Source: Candidatus Eiseniibacteriota bacterium (GTDB lineage: Bacteria; Eisenbacteria; RBG-16-71-46; DASYSL01). From it: DNA of 18,240 bases. Position 1 is the first letter of the stretch. Each line of letters starts with the position of its first letter. The stretch spans positions 1 through 18,240 of the forward strand of contig JANPEF010000051.1 in the NCBI GenBank assembly GCA_031431875.1, written 5' to 3'. This document shows, one piece after another, positions 16,871-18,240 of this stretch. Below the pieces are notes generated by a model. It worked only from the letters and a program-made list of their open reading frames with translations. It was not told the origin of the DNA and ran no database searches. Both the position numbers and the translations under genes were made by a program.

Positions 16871-18090
16871 GCGGCCTCCCGGAGCTGGTCATCCTCGGTG
16901 GCGCGCGCACGCCGATGACCGAGTGGATCGGCGGCAAGCGCGGCGACGGGAAGCCCGGCGGCGCGCTTGCGGCGGTCTCGGCAATCGACCTTGGCGCGAT
17001 CGCGGCGAAGGCCGCGCTCACCCGCTCACACGTGCCGGCCGATGCGGTCGACCACGTCGTCATGGGCAACGCGATGCAGACCTCGGGCGACGCGATCTAC
17101 GGCGCACGCCACGTCGGGCTCAAGGCCGGCGTGCCCAAGCCCGTCCCTGCGCTGACGGTGAACCGCCTCTGTGGCTCGGGGATCCAGGCGATCATCTCGG
17201 GCGCGCAGATGCTGGCGCTCGGCGAGGCGAAGATCGTGCTCGCCGGCGGCATGGAGAACATGTCGCAGGCGCCGCACGTCGTGCGCGGGCTGCGCACGGG
17301 GCTTCGGCTCGGCGTGCAGCCGCCGCTCGAGGACTCGCTGTCGGTGGCGCTGCTCGACTCCAACTGCAAGCTGCTGATGGCGCAGACCTCGGACAACCTG
17401 GCGAAGAAGTACGCGCTGTCGCGCGAGGCGCAGGACGACTACGCTTTCCGGTCGCACACGGCGGGCACGGCGGCCACGCTGTCGGGCCGCTTCGCCGAGG
17501 AGATCGAGCCGGTCGCGCTGCCGCAGAGGAAGGGCGATCCGATCGTCGTCTCGGCCGACGACCACTTCGTGCCGAATCCGTCGCGCGAGGCGCTGGGCAA
17601 GCTGCCCGCGCACTTCGGCCCCGAGTCGACCGTCACCGCGGGCAACGCCTCGGGCATCGTCGACGGCGCGGCGTGCGTGGTGATCGCCACCGGCGAGGAG
17701 GCGAAGGCGCGCGGCCTTGTGCCCATGGGGACGATCGTGGCGTGGGCCTCCGTCGGTGTCGAGCCGACCGAGATGGGCATCGGGCCGGCGCCGGCGATCC
17801 GCGCGGCGCTGACGCGCGCGGGCCTGACGCTCGACCAGGTCGACCTGTTCGAGATCAACGAGGCGTTCGCCGGGCAGTACCTCGCCGTCGAGAAGGAACT
17901 GGGTCTCGATCGCGAGAAGGTGAACGTCAACGGCGGCGCGATCGCGCTGGGGCATCCGCTCGGGGCGACCGGCACGCGGCTGGTGCACACGCTGCTGATC
18001 GAGTTGCACAAGCGGAAGAAGTCGATCGGCGTCGCCTCGGCCTGCATCGGCGGCGGCCAGGGCATCGCGATGGTGGTGCGCGCGAGCTAG
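16867..18090 (+). CDS. Acetyl-CoA C-acyltransferase (thiolase), 407 aa
   Basis: GTG start overlaps the hbd stop (GTGA). Catalytic motifs NRLCGSG, VTAGNASG, EINEAFA, GHPLGATG and ACIGGGQG. Confidence 0.95.
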   Translation: MSGLPELVILGGARTPMTEWIGGKRGDGKPGGALAAVSAIDLGAIAAKAALTRSHVPADAVDHVVMGNAMQTSGDAIYGARHVGLKAGVPKPVPALTVNRLCGSGIQAIISGAQMLALGEAKIVLAGGMENMSQAPHVVRGLRTGLRLGVQPPLEDSLSVALLDSNCKLLMAQTSDNLAKKYALSREAQDDYAFRSHTAGTAATLSGRFAEEIEPVALPQRKGDPIVVSADDHFVPNPSREALGKLPAHFGPESTVTAGNASGIVDGAACVVIATGEEAKARGLVPMGTIVAWASVGVEPTEMGIGPAPAIRAALTRAGLTLDQVDLFEINEAFAGQYLAVEKELGLDREKVNVNGGAIALGHPLGATGTRLVHTLLIELHKRKKSIGVASACIGGGQGIAMVVRAS

Positions 18091-18120
18091 GCGAAGGCGC
18101 TAAATGCCTTCGCTTGATTC
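18091..18120 (+). terminator. Hairpin / probable terminator after the thiolase
   Basis: GCGAAGGC(G)-CTAAA-(T)GCCTTCGC starts immediately after the stop codon and is followed by TTGATTC, a weak U-tract. Confidence 0.5.
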
Positions 18121-18240
18121 GGCAACGCCCCGGACCTCAAAGGCGTGTTCGACGGCGAACAAGGCGGCCCTGCGACGCATCAGCCCTCCGACGGGTCATC
18201 GGGCTTCGTCTCTGGCGGCGCAACCTCTCTCCTCGGGATC

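Noticed and set aside
18121..18240. Possible 3' end of a convergent gene (minus frame ...IPRREVAPPETKPDDPSEG*) or an ncRNA
   Set aside because: Too short and truncated by the window edge to support either call.

Overview
High-GC bacterial window. Its secreted-protein tails resemble those I associate with FCB-group lineages such as Ca. Eisenbacteria; this is an inference, not a taxonomic assignment. The left ~8 kb is an envelope/secreted-protein cluster: the 3' end of a DUF5916-like outer-membrane gene, two paralogous secreted Ig-like (choice-of-anchor D-type) proteins ending in a T9SS type A/FlgD-Ig-like C-terminal domain (the larger has a 7-repeat FG-GAP propeller), and between them, inverted, a choice-of-anchor L protein ending in a short 'STWGRVKAGYR' tail. 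The middle is a tRNA-Leu(TAG)-tig-clpP-clpX-lon operon on the minus strand. The right holds a CASTOR-like ACT protein and a FadL/PorV-like beta-barrel, divergent from a 3-hydroxyacyl-CoA dehydrogenase-thiolase pair. Notable non-coding signals: a promoter/RBS module duplicated in front of both paralogues, a 13-bp tandem repeat with G-quadruplex potential next to a -35 box, and a multi-hairpin element with a possible terminator/antiterminator switch downstream of lon. All family calls come from motif recognition by eye; no searches were run.
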